Shown piece by piece: positions 45,813 through 56,137 of a DNA stretch of 64,000 nt. Source of the DNA: an uncultured Gammaproteobacteria bacterium (GTDB lineage: Bacteria; Patescibacteriota; Microgenomatia; UBA8517; UBA10165); NCBI GenBank assembly GCA_964472675.1, contig CAYYLO010000004.1, positions 1,602-65,601 on the forward strand, given 5' to 3'. The position numbers and the translations under genes are program-made. Below the pieces are notes generated by a model. That model made no database searches. It was not told the origin of the DNA and worked only from the letters and a program-made list of their open reading frames with translations. Within the stretch, counting starts at the first letter, position 1. Each line of letters starts with the position of its first letter.

Positions 45813-48800
45813 AAAAGTCTTATCAGCATTTTTGATTTTAGTTGTTGTTTTTTCGAATGGATTTTTAACTTTGGCACAGATTGCTTTAGCTGCTCCAACT
45901 GGTGAAAATAAAACGTTTTATTTTCGAAACCAAAGTGCGCAGTTGCCCAGTAGCCATGTTTTAAGTACCACTGCTCCAACTTCAGGAAATTCTCAAAACA
46001 CTTCCATAACCAGCACTGACTCTCCATCATTCCGGCATTTTCATCCGGGAATAACCAGTTTTCAACATATTTTTGCTACTGAACCAGCTCATACCTTGCC
46101 AGTTGACTTGGCCTCATGGATTTCTGATGTGCCTCTTGATGGTACTTTCCAGGCAGGCAGCTGGAAATTTATAGTACACAAAAACGACAATATCAAAGGG
46201 GAAGTCTCAGTCCCCCATTTTAATGTTTACAAAAGTCCCAGCAATACCAGTTTGGATCAGGCAACTTTTCTTTTTGATGTGGAAGGGCCTGACTGGTGGA
46301 CATCAAGCGATGAGCAGCTTAATTTTTCTACACCCTTACTTAGCCAATTTGAATTTAATAATGCATATTTGGTAGTGCAGCTTTTTGACCAATGCAAATC
46401 AGGTTGTAACGGTGGGAAAATTATGACAGTTTTTGAAGATGGCACGTCTGCTGCTACCCAAACCAGGATAGAAACACCATTATTTGTCCCAGCTGGCAGC
46501 AATGAACCTGTGCCCCCGCCTTCTGCCCCAGCTCCAGAACCTTCTGCACCTCAACCTCCAACCCCCCCTGCAGATATTACTGCCCCTATAATCACTATTT
46601 TGGGAGATAGTCCTGTAACAGTCTTTTTAGGCTCTACTTATATAGATGCTGGTGCTACCGCCATTGATAATATTGACGGTGCTATTTCTGTTGAGACAAC
46701 CAATGCAGTGAATACTGCTGTTTTAGGAGGATATTCTGTAATTTACAAGGCTACTGATAGCGCAGGTAATACTAGTGTTCCTGCTATCAGGACTGTGAAT
46801 GTGGTAGCACCACCAGCCCCAGTGCTTCCACCTCCAGCTCCTATTGTACCTCCTTTACCTCCCTTAGATACCATTGCTCCTGTAATAACTATGCTTGGCT
46901 CATCTCCTTTAGATGTGACAATTGGCTCTGTATACAACGATGCCGGAGCTACAGCTTTGGATAATATAGATGGTGATCTGGCTGCTAAGATTAGTGCTTC
47001 CGGATTACCTATTAATACTGCTAGTGCAGGAACATTTACCATTACTTATAATGTGGCGGATAGCGCAGGCAATACTGCCACACCTGTTACTAGAATTGTG
47101 AATGTGATAGCAGCCCCAGAAGAACCAGCTGCCCCAGCTCCAGAGCCTCCTCCACCTCCAGTCCAACCTTCTGCTCCTAAAAACTCCCCTCCAGTGGTGG
47201 AACCTATCCCTTCTCAAACCATTACGGTTGGGACTCCAGTCTCCTTTAAAGTAATAGCTACTGACACGGATGGGGACGCCTTAACTTACTCTTTAGGCCC
47301 TAATGCTCCATTGGGTGCGACAATTGATCCTAAGACAGGCGCTTTTTTTTGGCTACCGCAAGTTGTAGGCACAACAAATTTTGATATTCTGGTTTCTGAT
47401 GGAGTTAATACTCCGGTTACAACTGGCCACTTGATTGAAAACCGGAACTTAGGAGTTGATGGCATTTTAGGCACAGCAGACGATATTTTCATTGGTGGCA
47501 TGGCTACTTGGGGGATGGTCAAGGCTCAAGCGCGGGACTTTTTAGGCATATTGTTAGATGATTTAGATGTGCTCGACTTGCCACTTTTGGCAACTGACGC
47601 GTATGGCAATTTTATCAAAGGCCCGAATGGTTTTCCACAGCTGGTGATTGATGGCGGTTTACTAGAAGGTAATCCAGCCTCCCCTGTTGATGCCTCAAAA
47701 GCAGTCCGGACCCACCATCCATTTATAGTAGATATCAGCCACAATGCTAATCCTGTTAACTCGCGGGGTGTGCCTCTTAAAGCTGATTCGGATAATGTGA
47801 TTGGACTATCTGAACCAGGCACATATGACAATGAGTTGTTGGATGCGCATTTTATGGCCGGAGACGGTCGTGTTAATGAAAATATTGGCTTAACAGCAGT
47901 CCACCATATTTTTCATTCTGAGCACAACAGGTTGGTGGAGTACGCTAAAAATGTGATACTGGATACAGGTGATTTAGCTTTTTTAAGCCAATGGTTAGTA
48001 GCAGGTAGTGCACCAGATACTTTTCCTCAAACACCTCAAGAAATTACTGCTTTGTCTTGGAATGGGGAACGGTTGTTTCAGGTGGCTAAATTTGGTACGG
48101 AAATGCAATACCAACATTTGGTGTTTGAGGAATTTGCCCGCAAAGTTTCCCCGCAAGTCAATATATTTTCAGGCTATGACAATAGCATTGATCCGGCCAT
48201 TATGGCTGAATTTGCCCACACAGTCTATCGTTTTGGCCACAGTTTGTTAACTGACACCGTTGCGCGTACTAATGAGGATGGCACCACCAATGACATTGGT
48301 TTAATACAGGCCTTCTTAAACCCATTAGAGTTTGTAGCAAGCGGGGATACGCCCATTAAGGCTGCAGGCGCTATTGTTTCAGGCATGGTTAACCAGGTTG
48401 GCAATGAGATTGACGAATTTGTCACAGAATCTTTGCGAAGTAACTTGTTAGGTCTGCCTTTGGATTTGGCTACTATTAATTTAGCCCGGGGACGGGATAC
48501 TGGTGTTCCTCCGCTGAACTCAGCCAGAAAGCAATTTTTTATGGCGACTGGTGGAGATTCGTCTTTAAAGCCATATACCAGCTGGGTAGATTTTGGTTTA
48601 AATATTAAACACCCCCTCTCCCTAATAAATTTTATTGCAGCATATGGCACACATCCGACTGTTTTAAATGCAGCCAGCTTACAAGAAAAACGTGCGGCGG
48701 CTGCTTTGTTAGTTGATGGAGGAGAAGGCGCGCCAGAAGATAGAGTGGATTTCCTAAACAGCACTGGTAATTGGGTTAGTACTGGTTTAGATACTGTTGA

Positions 48801-51800
48801 CTTTTGGATCGGTGGTTTAGCGGAAAAACAAATGCCTTTTGGGGGGCTTTTAGGCCCTACCTTTAATTTTGTGTTTGAGACCCAAATGGAAAAACTGCAA
48901 GATGGAGATAGATTTTATTACCTATTCAGAAATGCCGGCTTAAACTTTTTAACTTCTCTTGAGCAAAACTCCTTTGCAGAATTGGTGATGAGAAACACTG
49001 AAGGCGTCAAGCACACGCCACATGATATTTTTTCGCATCCGGCTTTTACTATTGAAGCTGCCGATATTGATCCTTTGAACCCGGCAACGTTTCCGCCTGA
49101 CACAATTATTATGCCTGATGGCACTATCCGCTACACAGGGGTGGAGCATATTGTGATGGGAGGTACAGCGGGTAATGATAAACTGCATTCATCTGAAGGC
49201 GATGATACTCTTTGGGGAGATGAGGGTAATGATAGGCTGGAAGGTGGAGCAGGCAATGATGCAATTTTGGGCGGTGCAGGTGATGATATTTTAACTGATA
49301 TTTTTGGCGATGATAATATTAAAGGCGGCGAAGGCAATGATGTGATCAACGCAGGAGTTGGCATTGATCTGATTTTAGGAGGGGATGGCCAGGATTTTGT
49401 GGTGGCAGGCAGGGATTCAAAAGAGACTTTTGGAGGGGCTGGTAATGATTTTATTATAGCAGGAGACGGAGCTGATACAGTGTTTGGCAATGAGGGGGAT
49501 GATTGGATTGAAGGCGGTGACCAGGCGGATTTATTGCAGGGTGATAATGGCGATCCTTTCCAAAGCTCACCCACCATTGGCAATGACGTGATCATAGGCG
49601 GCGGGGGCAATGATGATTATGACTCAGAATCCGGCGATGATATTATGCTGGCCGATCCGGGCATTGAACGGAACGAAGGCATGCTTGGTTTTGACTGGGT
49701 GATATACAAAAATGATCCGCAGCCTGCCAATGCAGATATGTTTATTACAGGCTTGTTGCCGCCAACAGTAAATGATTTGCGTGACCGGTTTGATTTGGTT
49801 GAAGGCTTGTCCGGAGGCAGCCTTGACGATATTTTAAGGGGCGATAACCGCACCAGTGTTGGTTTTTTGGACCATGCTTTAAATAACCCTGCCCAAATTG
49901 CTTTGATTAACGGGTTACAAAATTTGCTGGGGGATGGGGTGAGCTCATTTTCAGGAGGAAATATCATATTGGGCGGAGCGGGTAGTGACGTAATTGAGGG
50001 TCGGGGCGGTGATGACCTGATTGATGGTGATGCCTGGCTGAATGTGCGTTTAAGTGTGGGGGATATTAGTGCAGACAGTATGACAGAACTTCAAACTGCC
50101 ATGTTTGAAGGCAAAATAAATCCCGGACAAATAAAAATTATCCGCGAGATATTAACCTCCCAAACAGAAGATGACATTGATACAGCAGTTTTTTCAGGTA
50201 ATCTGGCTGATTACACCATCAGTCAGCCAGATGCTCTAGGTAGGATTACAGTAACAGATAATAGGAGAGAAGATGGAGGAGGAGGCAGAACTAGTGATGG
50301 TACAGATACCCTTCGCAACATTGAACGCTTGCAGTTTGCTGACCAGACTATAGATTTAAATAAGTCAAACAAAGTATCAGCTCCCGCCCTAGTAGATAAG
50401 ATCTCTGAGCCAGGTGTTAGTAATTTGAGATCAGGAGTAGGTTTGACCTTGATTAGGTCTGATCTGCAGTTTATTTTGGATCAGATTAAAATTGCCGAAG
50501 CTCATGCTCAAGGTGCGTTCTTGTCCGGCCTAATCCCCAAAGACGTTTTACCTTGGGGTTTGCGGACAGTTGATGGGACTTTCAATAACATTGTGTCCAA
50601 TCAATCTGAGTTTGGGGCGGCAGACAGGGTATTCCCCCGCCTGACCACACCAGTTTTTAGAAATGCGGAAAATGCAACTTTTGATTTGGATGGGCCAGGC
50701 CCTTTAACTTTAGGCCAGCCAACCTCTTATGCTCAAAATAACGGTTTTGTGTTTGACTCGCAACCCCGCTTGATCAGCAATTTAATTGTTGATCAAACCT
50801 TGGGCAATCCTGCTGCTCAAGCCGCCAGTGCGTTTAGCTTACCTGACCCACAAACTAATAGTTTATTTATCCCAAACATAGCTCCTGATATGGGATTGTC
50901 TGCATCTTTTAATTCCTGGTTTACCTTGTTTGGACAGTTTTTTGATCATGGGTTGGATTTAGTCAACAAAGGCGGTAGCGGTACAGTATTTATCCCGCTT
51001 GCTACTGATGACCCGCTTTTTAACCCTGCCAGCCCGTCTAATTTCATGGTTTTAACAAGAGCAACAAACCAACCTGGCCCGGATGGCGTGTTAGGCACAT
51101 TGGATGATATTCATGAACACACAAACCAAACATCTCCTTTTATTGACCAAAATCAAACTTACACCTCACATCCTTCACATCAGGTATTCCTCCGTTCATT
51201 TAATTTTAGACCGGCTAACAGTTTGTCAGTTTTGGCAAATATAACAGTTGCTCCAAAGATTTTCTCTGTTTTTGGACAAGGCAAGTTTACTTCCACAAAT
51301 GGGCAAACTATTACACCTAAAGTTGTTTCCCAGGGAATCTCTGTTGTTTCAGTGGAAGACGGCGGGGGAATACATTCTGTGACTGTACCGGATGGAACAG
51401 AGATTACCAAAAGCAATGGCAAAGACATCGATATCACTGCCTTAACAGCAGCGGTGCCTGCTATAGATTCCTTAACAGGAATGAATAAAGGAGTGGTGGT
51501 TAATGGCAAGTTGCAATGGGGGATTCCCAACCAGGGGTTGTTGTTTAGTAACCCAATTTCACTGGATATATTTGTTGGTACTGATTTAAATGGTCAGACT
51601 TTGGATGTGCTGCGTTCTGAAACTGGTACTGGTAATTGGACCAATGAGGGAATTGTGGCCCCTGCAACTTGTTTAGTGGCAAATGGCATGTGTACATTTC
51701 AGGCCACAAAAGCCTCAGTTTATATAGCTGCTCAAACTGTAGCTAGTGCTGGGGGAACAATTGGCAATGCTTCCCCAACAGATAACAATAATAGTAATAA

Positions 51801-52440
51801 TACACCCACGAACACATCTAATACAGCCACTAACACTAATACAATTTCATCCAGTTCTAATTCCTTTAACTCTTCCTCAAGTAACGGTTCCTCCACCCCT
51901 TCTAACGCTTCTGCTCCTGTTTGTACTGATTCCAAGCCAGGTAGTGCTCCTAAGTTACTTTCTGCCATAGTTACCGGTCCCAACCAGGTAACTTTAAGTT
52001 GGTCTAAGGCCCAAAATCCTGCAACCTATTACTTAGTAGCTTATGGAACTTCTTCTGAGAATCTACAATTTGGTAATCCTAACGTGGGTGGAGCTGATAC
52101 TACTTCATATGTGGTTAATGGCTTGTCCGGCGGAACGGCTTATTACTTTAAGGTTAGAGCTGGGAACAACTGCATGCCGGGAGAATTTTCCAATGAGTTG
52201 CCTGCAACAGTTGACGGAAGCGTAATTAGGCAGCCCGCCTCAGGGTTTACTGAAGGTGTGTTGGGAGTTAAAAAGGAAACACTCGACAACCCAACAATCG
52301 ACAAACCTGCTCTTGCTCCTACAACTTCCGAAAGTCGAAAGAACAGGATTTTCCAACTAACTTTAGCAGCGATGGTCTTATTAGCTATATCCTATGGTCT
52401 TTTTTATCGCCTTGCTAAAAGAGTAAGCCGACGGTTGTAA
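45805..52440 (+). CDS. Giant surface-anchored heme peroxidase (peroxicin-like, circularly permuted) with Ig, RTX Ca-binding and FN3 domains
   Basis: GDGRVNEN, YRFGHS, FGQFFDHGLD; GGxGxD repeats; DUF5011-like and He_PIG-like domains; GVLG then TM anchor. Confidence 0.88.
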   Translation: MGRKVLSAFLILVVVFSNGFLTLAQIALAAPTGENKTFYFRNQSAQLPSSHVLSTTAPTSGNSQNTSITSTDSPSFRHFHPGITSFQHIFATEPAHTLPVDLASWISDVPLDGTFQAGSWKFIVHKNDNIKGEVSVPHFNVYKSPSNTSLDQATFLFDVEGPDWWTSSDEQLNFSTPLLSQFEFNNAYLVVQLFDQCKSGCNGGKIMTVFEDGTSAATQTRIETPLFVPAGSNEPVPPPSAPAPEPSAPQPPTPPADITAPIITILGDSPVTVFLGSTYIDAGATAIDNIDGAISVETTNAVNTAVLGGYSVIYKATDSAGNTSVPAIRTVNVVAPPAPVLPPPAPIVPPLPPLDTIAPVITMLGSSPLDVTIGSVYNDAGATALDNIDGDLAAKISASGLPINTASAGTFTITYNVADSAGNTATPVTRIVNVIAAPEEPAAPAPEPPPPPVQPSAPKNSPPVVEPIPSQTITVGTPVSFKVIATDTDGDALTYSLGPNAPLGATIDPKTGAFFWLPQVVGTTNFDILVSDGVNTPVTTGHLIENRNLGVDGILGTADDIFIGGMATWGMVKAQARDFLGILLDDLDVLDLPLLATDAYGNFIKGPNGFPQLVIDGGLLEGNPASPVDASKAVRTHHPFIVDISHNANPVNSRGVPLKADSDNVIGLSEPGTYDNELLDAHFMAGDGRVNENIGLTAVHHIFHSEHNRLVEYAKNVILDTGDLAFLSQWLVAGSAPDTFPQTPQEITALSWNGERLFQVAKFGTEMQYQHLVFEEFARKVSPQVNIFSGYDNSIDPAIMAEFAHTVYRFGHSLLTDTVARTNEDGTTNDIGLIQAFLNPLEFVASGDTPIKAAGAIVSGMVNQVGNEIDEFVTESLRSNLLGLPLDLATINLARGRDTGVPPLNSARKQFFMATGGDSSLKPYTSWVDFGLNIKHPLSLINFIAAYGTHPTVLNAASLQEKRAAAALLVDGGEGAPEDRVDFLNSTGNWVSTGLDTVDFWIGGLAEKQMPFGGLLGPTFNFVFETQMEKLQDGDRFYYLFRNAGLNFLTSLEQNSFAELVMRNTEGVKHTPHDIFSHPAFTIEAADIDPLNPATFPPDTIIMPDGTIRYTGVEHIVMGGTAGNDKLHSSEGDDTLWGDEGNDRLEGGAGNDAILGGAGDDILTDIFGDDNIKGGEGNDVINAGVGIDLILGGDGQDFVVAGRDSKETFGGAGNDFIIAGDGADTVFGNEGDDWIEGGDQADLLQGDNGDPFQSSPTIGNDVIIGGGGNDDYDSESGDDIMLADPGIERNEGMLGFDWVIYKNDPQPANADMFITGLLPPTVNDLRDRFDLVEGLSGGSLDDILRGDNRTSVGFLDHALNNPAQIALINGLQNLLGDGVSSFSGGNIILGGAGSDVIEGRGGDDLIDGDAWLNVRLSVGDISADSMTELQTAMFEGKINPGQIKIIREILTSQTEDDIDTAVFSGNLADYTISQPDALGRITVTDNRREDGGGGRTSDGTDTLRNIERLQFADQTIDLNKSNKVSAPALVDKISEPGVSNLRSGVGLTLIRSDLQFILDQIKIAEAHAQGAFLSGLIPKDVLPWGLRTVDGTFNNIVSNQSEFGAADRVFPRLTTPVFRNAENATFDLDGPGPLTLGQPTSYAQNNGFVFDSQPRLISNLIVDQTLGNPAAQAASAFSLPDPQTNSLFIPNIAPDMGLSASFNSWFTLFGQFFDHGLDLVNKGGSGTVFIPLATDDPLFNPASPSNFMVLTRATNQPGPDGVLGTLDDIHEHTNQTSPFIDQNQTYTSHPSHQVFLRSFNFRPANSLSVLANITVAPKIFSVFGQGKFTSTNGQTITPKVVSQGISVVSVEDGGGIHSVTVPDGTEITKSNGKDIDITALTAAVPAIDSLTGMNKGVVVNGKLQWGIPNQGLLFSNPISLDIFVGTDLNGQTLDVLRSETGTGNWTNEGIVAPATCLVANGMCTFQATKASVYIAAQTVASAGGTIGNASPTDNNNSNNTPTNTSNTATNTNTISSSSNSFNSSSSNGSSTPSNASAPVCTDSKPGSAPKLLSAIVTGPNQVTLSWSKAQNPATYYLVAYGTSSENLQFGNPNVGGADTTSYVVNGLSGGTAYYFKVRAGNNCMPGEFSNELPATVDGSVIRQPASGFTEGVLGVKKETLDNPTIDKPALAPTTSESRKNRIFQLTLAAMVLLAISYGLFYRLAKRVSRRL

Positions 52441-52456
52441 GCCTACTAATAAGAAT

Positions 52457-52478
52457 ATACAACCCGTTTCAAAACTCG
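52457..52478 (+). repeat. 22-bp direct repeat, right border of the giant-gene block
   Basis: ATACAACCCGTTTCAAAACTCG. Confidence 0.8.
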
Positions 52479-52522
52479 TGCGTCAATTTACTTTTCAAAA
52501 AGGGGTTGTTAGAATAGTTTTA

Positions 52523-53551
52523 ATGGAAGCTCCATCAGCAGTATCGGATAGACCTATACTTTACAAACCAACTGATACGGAACTTGCCAGGGAATCGGTA
52601 GAGGAAGCAGGAATAAGATATTTTGCTGCACTGGCAAGCTTGGCTAGAACTCCAGAAGAGCTGCGCGCATTAGTTCGTCTTCATGCGCAAAAAGCAGCAG
52701 AAGCTGGCGGTCCGGTTTTGGGTGAAGTTTTAACTGGATTCTCTGAAGAATTATCAAGTGCTTCTCAACCTGTATTAGAAGAACCGGAAGGCACTCCAAC
52801 ACTAGAAAAAAGAACTGTGCAAACGCCTATGGGGGAACTTACTCTTTATCCTCAAAGAAAAGAAGCAGCCTCCCCTCTTCTTCCAAAAGAAAAGGGGGCA
52901 GTTAGGTTGCCTGATGTAGTATTTGAAATACTAGAAACTCTTGCGAAAGATCCGCGTGTCGTAGTTAACTATGAAGACTTAATTAAAAATGTCTGGAAAT
53001 ATGAAAGCTATAATAAGAAAACAGACCTGTCAATGGTAAGAACCCGAGTATATGTTCTTCGCCAATTATTAGGAGATAGCGGAGAAGGTGTGGCTTCTGC
53101 AAGAAAATTCAAATTTATTCACACCTTTGAAGAAGGTATTTCTTTAACAGATCATCTTACTGTTGACCAAATTATCCGCCTAACCCCACAGGAAAGAAAA
53201 GATTTACATATTGCAAGCGCTACTATTCCTGGAAGAAATAGACAGCCAAAACAAGTGTTTCTTGATGCCGCACGGGGAATTGCAATTGTGCCAGATTCGG
53301 CAACAAACCCATATAAATATTTGTCAACGCTGGAAGCCGATGTCCTGGAAGCATTGATGCGTCATCCACAATCTATACTTCCCAAAGATATGTTTATTAA
53401 TATTATAGAAAAACACGGATATATCTCAAAGACAGACGATAAAACATCTGCTTTAAAAGCACTTGTGTATCGTTTAAGACAAAAGCTGGAAGAGGATCTT
53501 CCAATTTATACTATTGATAATGGCCATACGCTTACAGAAAGAATGCATTAA
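52523..53551 (+). CDS. Protein with two OmpR/PhoB-type winged-helix domains and no receiver domain
   Basis: FEILETL...EDLIKNVW...VYVLRQLL and LSTLEADVLEALM...VYRLRQKL. Confidence 0.72.
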   Translation: MEAPSAVSDRPILYKPTDTELARESVEEAGIRYFAALASLARTPEELRALVRLHAQKAAEAGGPVLGEVLTGFSEELSSASQPVLEEPEGTPTLEKRTVQTPMGELTLYPQRKEAASPLLPKEKGAVRLPDVVFEILETLAKDPRVVVNYEDLIKNVWKYESYNKKTDLSMVRTRVYVLRQLLGDSGEGVASARKFKFIHTFEEGISLTDHLTVDQIIRLTPQERKDLHIASATIPGRNRQPKQVFLDAARGIAIVPDSATNPYKYLSTLEADVLEALMRHPQSILPKDMFINIIEKHGYISKTDDKTSALKALVYRLRQKLEEDLPIYTIDNGHTLTERMH

Positions 53552-53599
53552 ACCCCAACATCTTTTTAGGTGAGCCGCCTTCCCCGTGTTTGGAGCCGT

Positions 53600-54376
53600 T
53601 TAATGTAACTTTACCCAACTATTACCGGAATTAACTTCCATAAGCTCAGGTCCCGCGCCACGGTAAGCACAAGGATTTTGGTCTCTTTCTTCTTTACTAA
53701 TTATCACTTGCTTTTTTGAAGCAACTCCTTTTTGCTGAAACTGCGCAAAAACTTCGTCACTCATATGATTGAATACAGAATCCAAATCTGCAAACGGTGA
53801 CAACCAATTATCAATTTTCTTGGGTGGCAGCCCGATCTTGCCATAGATCGCGTCAAATGAGTAATAACCGTCCAGGAATCCCGCAAAACCAACCAACTCA
53901 CCAGCTTTAACCCTATCCCCAGTTTTTAACCCGTCTTTAACCTTAATATGCTCAACACTAAAACTCCACATTCCAACTGGCGGGATATTGGCAAACATGC
54001 GCCGGGGAGAAATCCATAATTCCTGTTCATTATCATTTAATGAAAAAATCAATGTAATATAACCATCGAAAGGAGCGTAGATCTCTACCACTTTATCTGC
54101 TCCACGGTTTTCTTCCTTTTCCCACAAATAATGCTTCATATTTCTTTTGCTTTCTTTTTCGTTTTGGGGTACGACGACATGTCCGGTGCAACTTCTGAAC
54201 TTGGAGATTTTTTCAATCTTATCTAAGTTGACAAAATTTGCCGTTATCTGCGGGGGAGGTGTATTCCGGTTGGAAAAGATAGAGAAAAGCGATGCTCCTG
54301 CGAATATCAGGATCAAAACTCCGACACCGATTAGTATTTTTAAAATGAAAGACAGGCGAGCAAACCCCTTTTGCAT
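53600..54376 (-). CDS. Hypothetical exported protein (M23/barrel-sandwich-like)
   Basis: N-terminal TM; ISKFRSCTGH, IYAPFDG, GDRVKAGELVG. Confidence 0.7.
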   Translation of the reverse strand: MQKGFARLSFILKILIGVGVLILIFAGASLFSIFSNRNTPPPQITANFVNLDKIEKISKFRSCTGHVVVPQNEKESKRNMKHYLWEKEENRGADKVVEIYAPFDGYITLIFSLNDNEQELWISPRRMFANIPPVGMWSFSVEHIKVKDGLKTGDRVKAGELVGFAGFLDGYYSFDAIYGKIGLPPKKIDNWLSPFADLDSVFNHMSDEVFAQFQQKGVASKKQVIISKEERDQNPCAYRGAGPELMEVNSGNSWVKLH

Positions 54377-54624
54377 CTTGCATTTATTGTGGCAGGTTTC
54401 AGTAGTATGGTCAATTTTTTGGTGACCTTACTGACTGAGGAATGGAACACCTTATGAAGAATTTGCCAGAAGGACAAAATTGAGAGACTGAATGGCCGCT
54501 GGCTTCTAGTCAGTATCGAATGTATGAATTCTCTAATCTCAGCTTGGAGAAATGGTTGGGAACAAAATATACATAGAATTTGTTGCAGTGAAAATGCTAT
54601 GATTACCTTAATATAAGTCCTTCG

Positions 54625-56079
54625 ATGGAAATTGAGACTAACAGCGATAATCCTTCAAACCAACTCAGTAATTCACTTAATAAAAGAAACAAATTGTTAT
54701 TGGTGATTCCCATTTCAATCCTTGTAGTCTTAATCTCGATAGTAGGAGTGATATCGCTATCAAATCAAAGAAAATCCACAGACAATAAGTCATCTCAGAC
54801 TGAAAATACCAGTAATATAAATCTTCCTAGTAAGAATATCGTTGTATACACAAGATGTTATGGTGGTGAGAGACAGCCGAAACACTGTAATCTGTATGTC
54901 TCAAGCTTGAAAGAGCCAGAAGAAAAGCTTATTTACTCGTTTGATTTTCCAGATGTAGAACAAACTGATTACGAAACTGGTTTTGAGCTTACAGTAAACG
55001 GCATTATCAATAAGAAAGTGGTATACACTAAGTCATATTGGGAGAAGAAAGAAAGCGAACGAACTGAATACAACATTTTGGGAGTTATTGATTTAGCATC
55101 GGCCCAAGATAACATTATCTATAAGCAGGTACGCTACCCTTCCAAAAGTGGAGCAAGAGATGAACGAGACAATGATTACATTTCAGGAATCTATCTTGAT
55201 GGCCCAAATAACAAAGTGTATTACTCTACAGAGACTGGACCTGAAACTGGCGGGAAGATAACTCAATATGGCTTAAGTTCAAATCAGAACAAAGTTATAA
55301 CTGATAATACTAAGCTTGATTATACGTCCAAAGTTGAATATGCCAGTTCCGACAAACTATATCTTTCGTACAGTGACGACCACATTGCTGGAAATTATTA
55401 CATAAGTAAGATTTTGAATTTGAATAGTGGAACTGTAACTAGTACCCCAAAATCATGGCATAACGCTGTAATCAACAAACAAGGCACAAAAGTAGCATAT
55501 ATTGACGAAATACCAGTTGGCTCAAATAACACCTACAATCTCAGCTTGAATGTTTCCGACCTAGAGGGTAATAATGTCAAAGAAATATATTCTGCTCCTA
55601 ATACACGACTCCCAGCCGATGGATATGATGGTTCATATCCTTATACAGTTGTCAGTAATTATTATTTCAACGAATATGGTGACAGATTGAGTTATAGTAT
55701 CCGCACTCCTGAACTTGTTAATGGAGAATACGTAGGAGAAAAGACTACTAAATATATTTCCATACTTGAGGTACGCACTGCGGTAGAAGAAGGCCAAAGA
55801 GGTATTCATATTCTTCCGCCCGAGAACCCTAATATCTACAAGACAAAATACGCAGTTAAGCAACCAGATATTAACTATCAGTGGACTAAATTCAGAACTA
55901 TTTCGGGCCCTCTTGAAGGCAATATGGAAGAAGGAGTCTACTACGGAGCAGATGACGGTTGGTACCTTCGACCAATTGGATACGGTTTTGAGACTAACGA
56001 GTTTGACCTATTTGGCGGAATAGATAGTAGACAAATTATCGCTGTCAAAGCTAAGAACCTTTTCATTCTTCCAAACTAA
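54625..56079 (+). CDS. Hypothetical membrane-anchored protein, probable beta-propeller
   Basis: 484 aa, N-terminal TM, repeated KVYY/KVAY strands, VSDLEG. Confidence 0.72.
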   Translation: MEIETNSDNPSNQLSNSLNKRNKLLLVIPISILVVLISIVGVISLSNQRKSTDNKSSQTENTSNINLPSKNIVVYTRCYGGERQPKHCNLYVSSLKEPEEKLIYSFDFPDVEQTDYETGFELTVNGIINKKVVYTKSYWEKKESERTEYNILGVIDLASAQDNIIYKQVRYPSKSGARDERDNDYISGIYLDGPNNKVYYSTETGPETGGKITQYGLSSNQNKVITDNTKLDYTSKVEYASSDKLYLSYSDDHIAGNYYISKILNLNSGTVTSTPKSWHNAVINKQGTKVAYIDEIPVGSNNTYNLSLNVSDLEGNNVKEIYSAPNTRLPADGYDGSYPYTVVSNYYFNEYGDRLSYSIRTPELVNGEYVGEKTTKYISILEVRTAVEEGQRGIHILPPENPNIYKTKYAVKQPDINYQWTKFRTISGPLEGNMEEGVYYGADDGWYLRPIGYGFETNEFDLFGGIDSRQIIAVKAKNLFILPN

Positions 56080-56137
56080 TCCTTACTCGTGTAAGAACTT
56101 ACATTTGGTTTAAAAAATGCATAGCAAAGTACAATAG

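Noticed and set aside
40526-52225. Numerous antisense ORFs within the giant genes
   Set aside because: Expected shadows of repetitive Pro/Thr/Gly/Asp codons
54406-54576. Protein-like frame with two in-frame TGA codons (possible recoding)
   Set aside because: TGA is used as a normal stop elsewhere (aspS, lon, secD, serS); more likely a junction or pseudogene remnant
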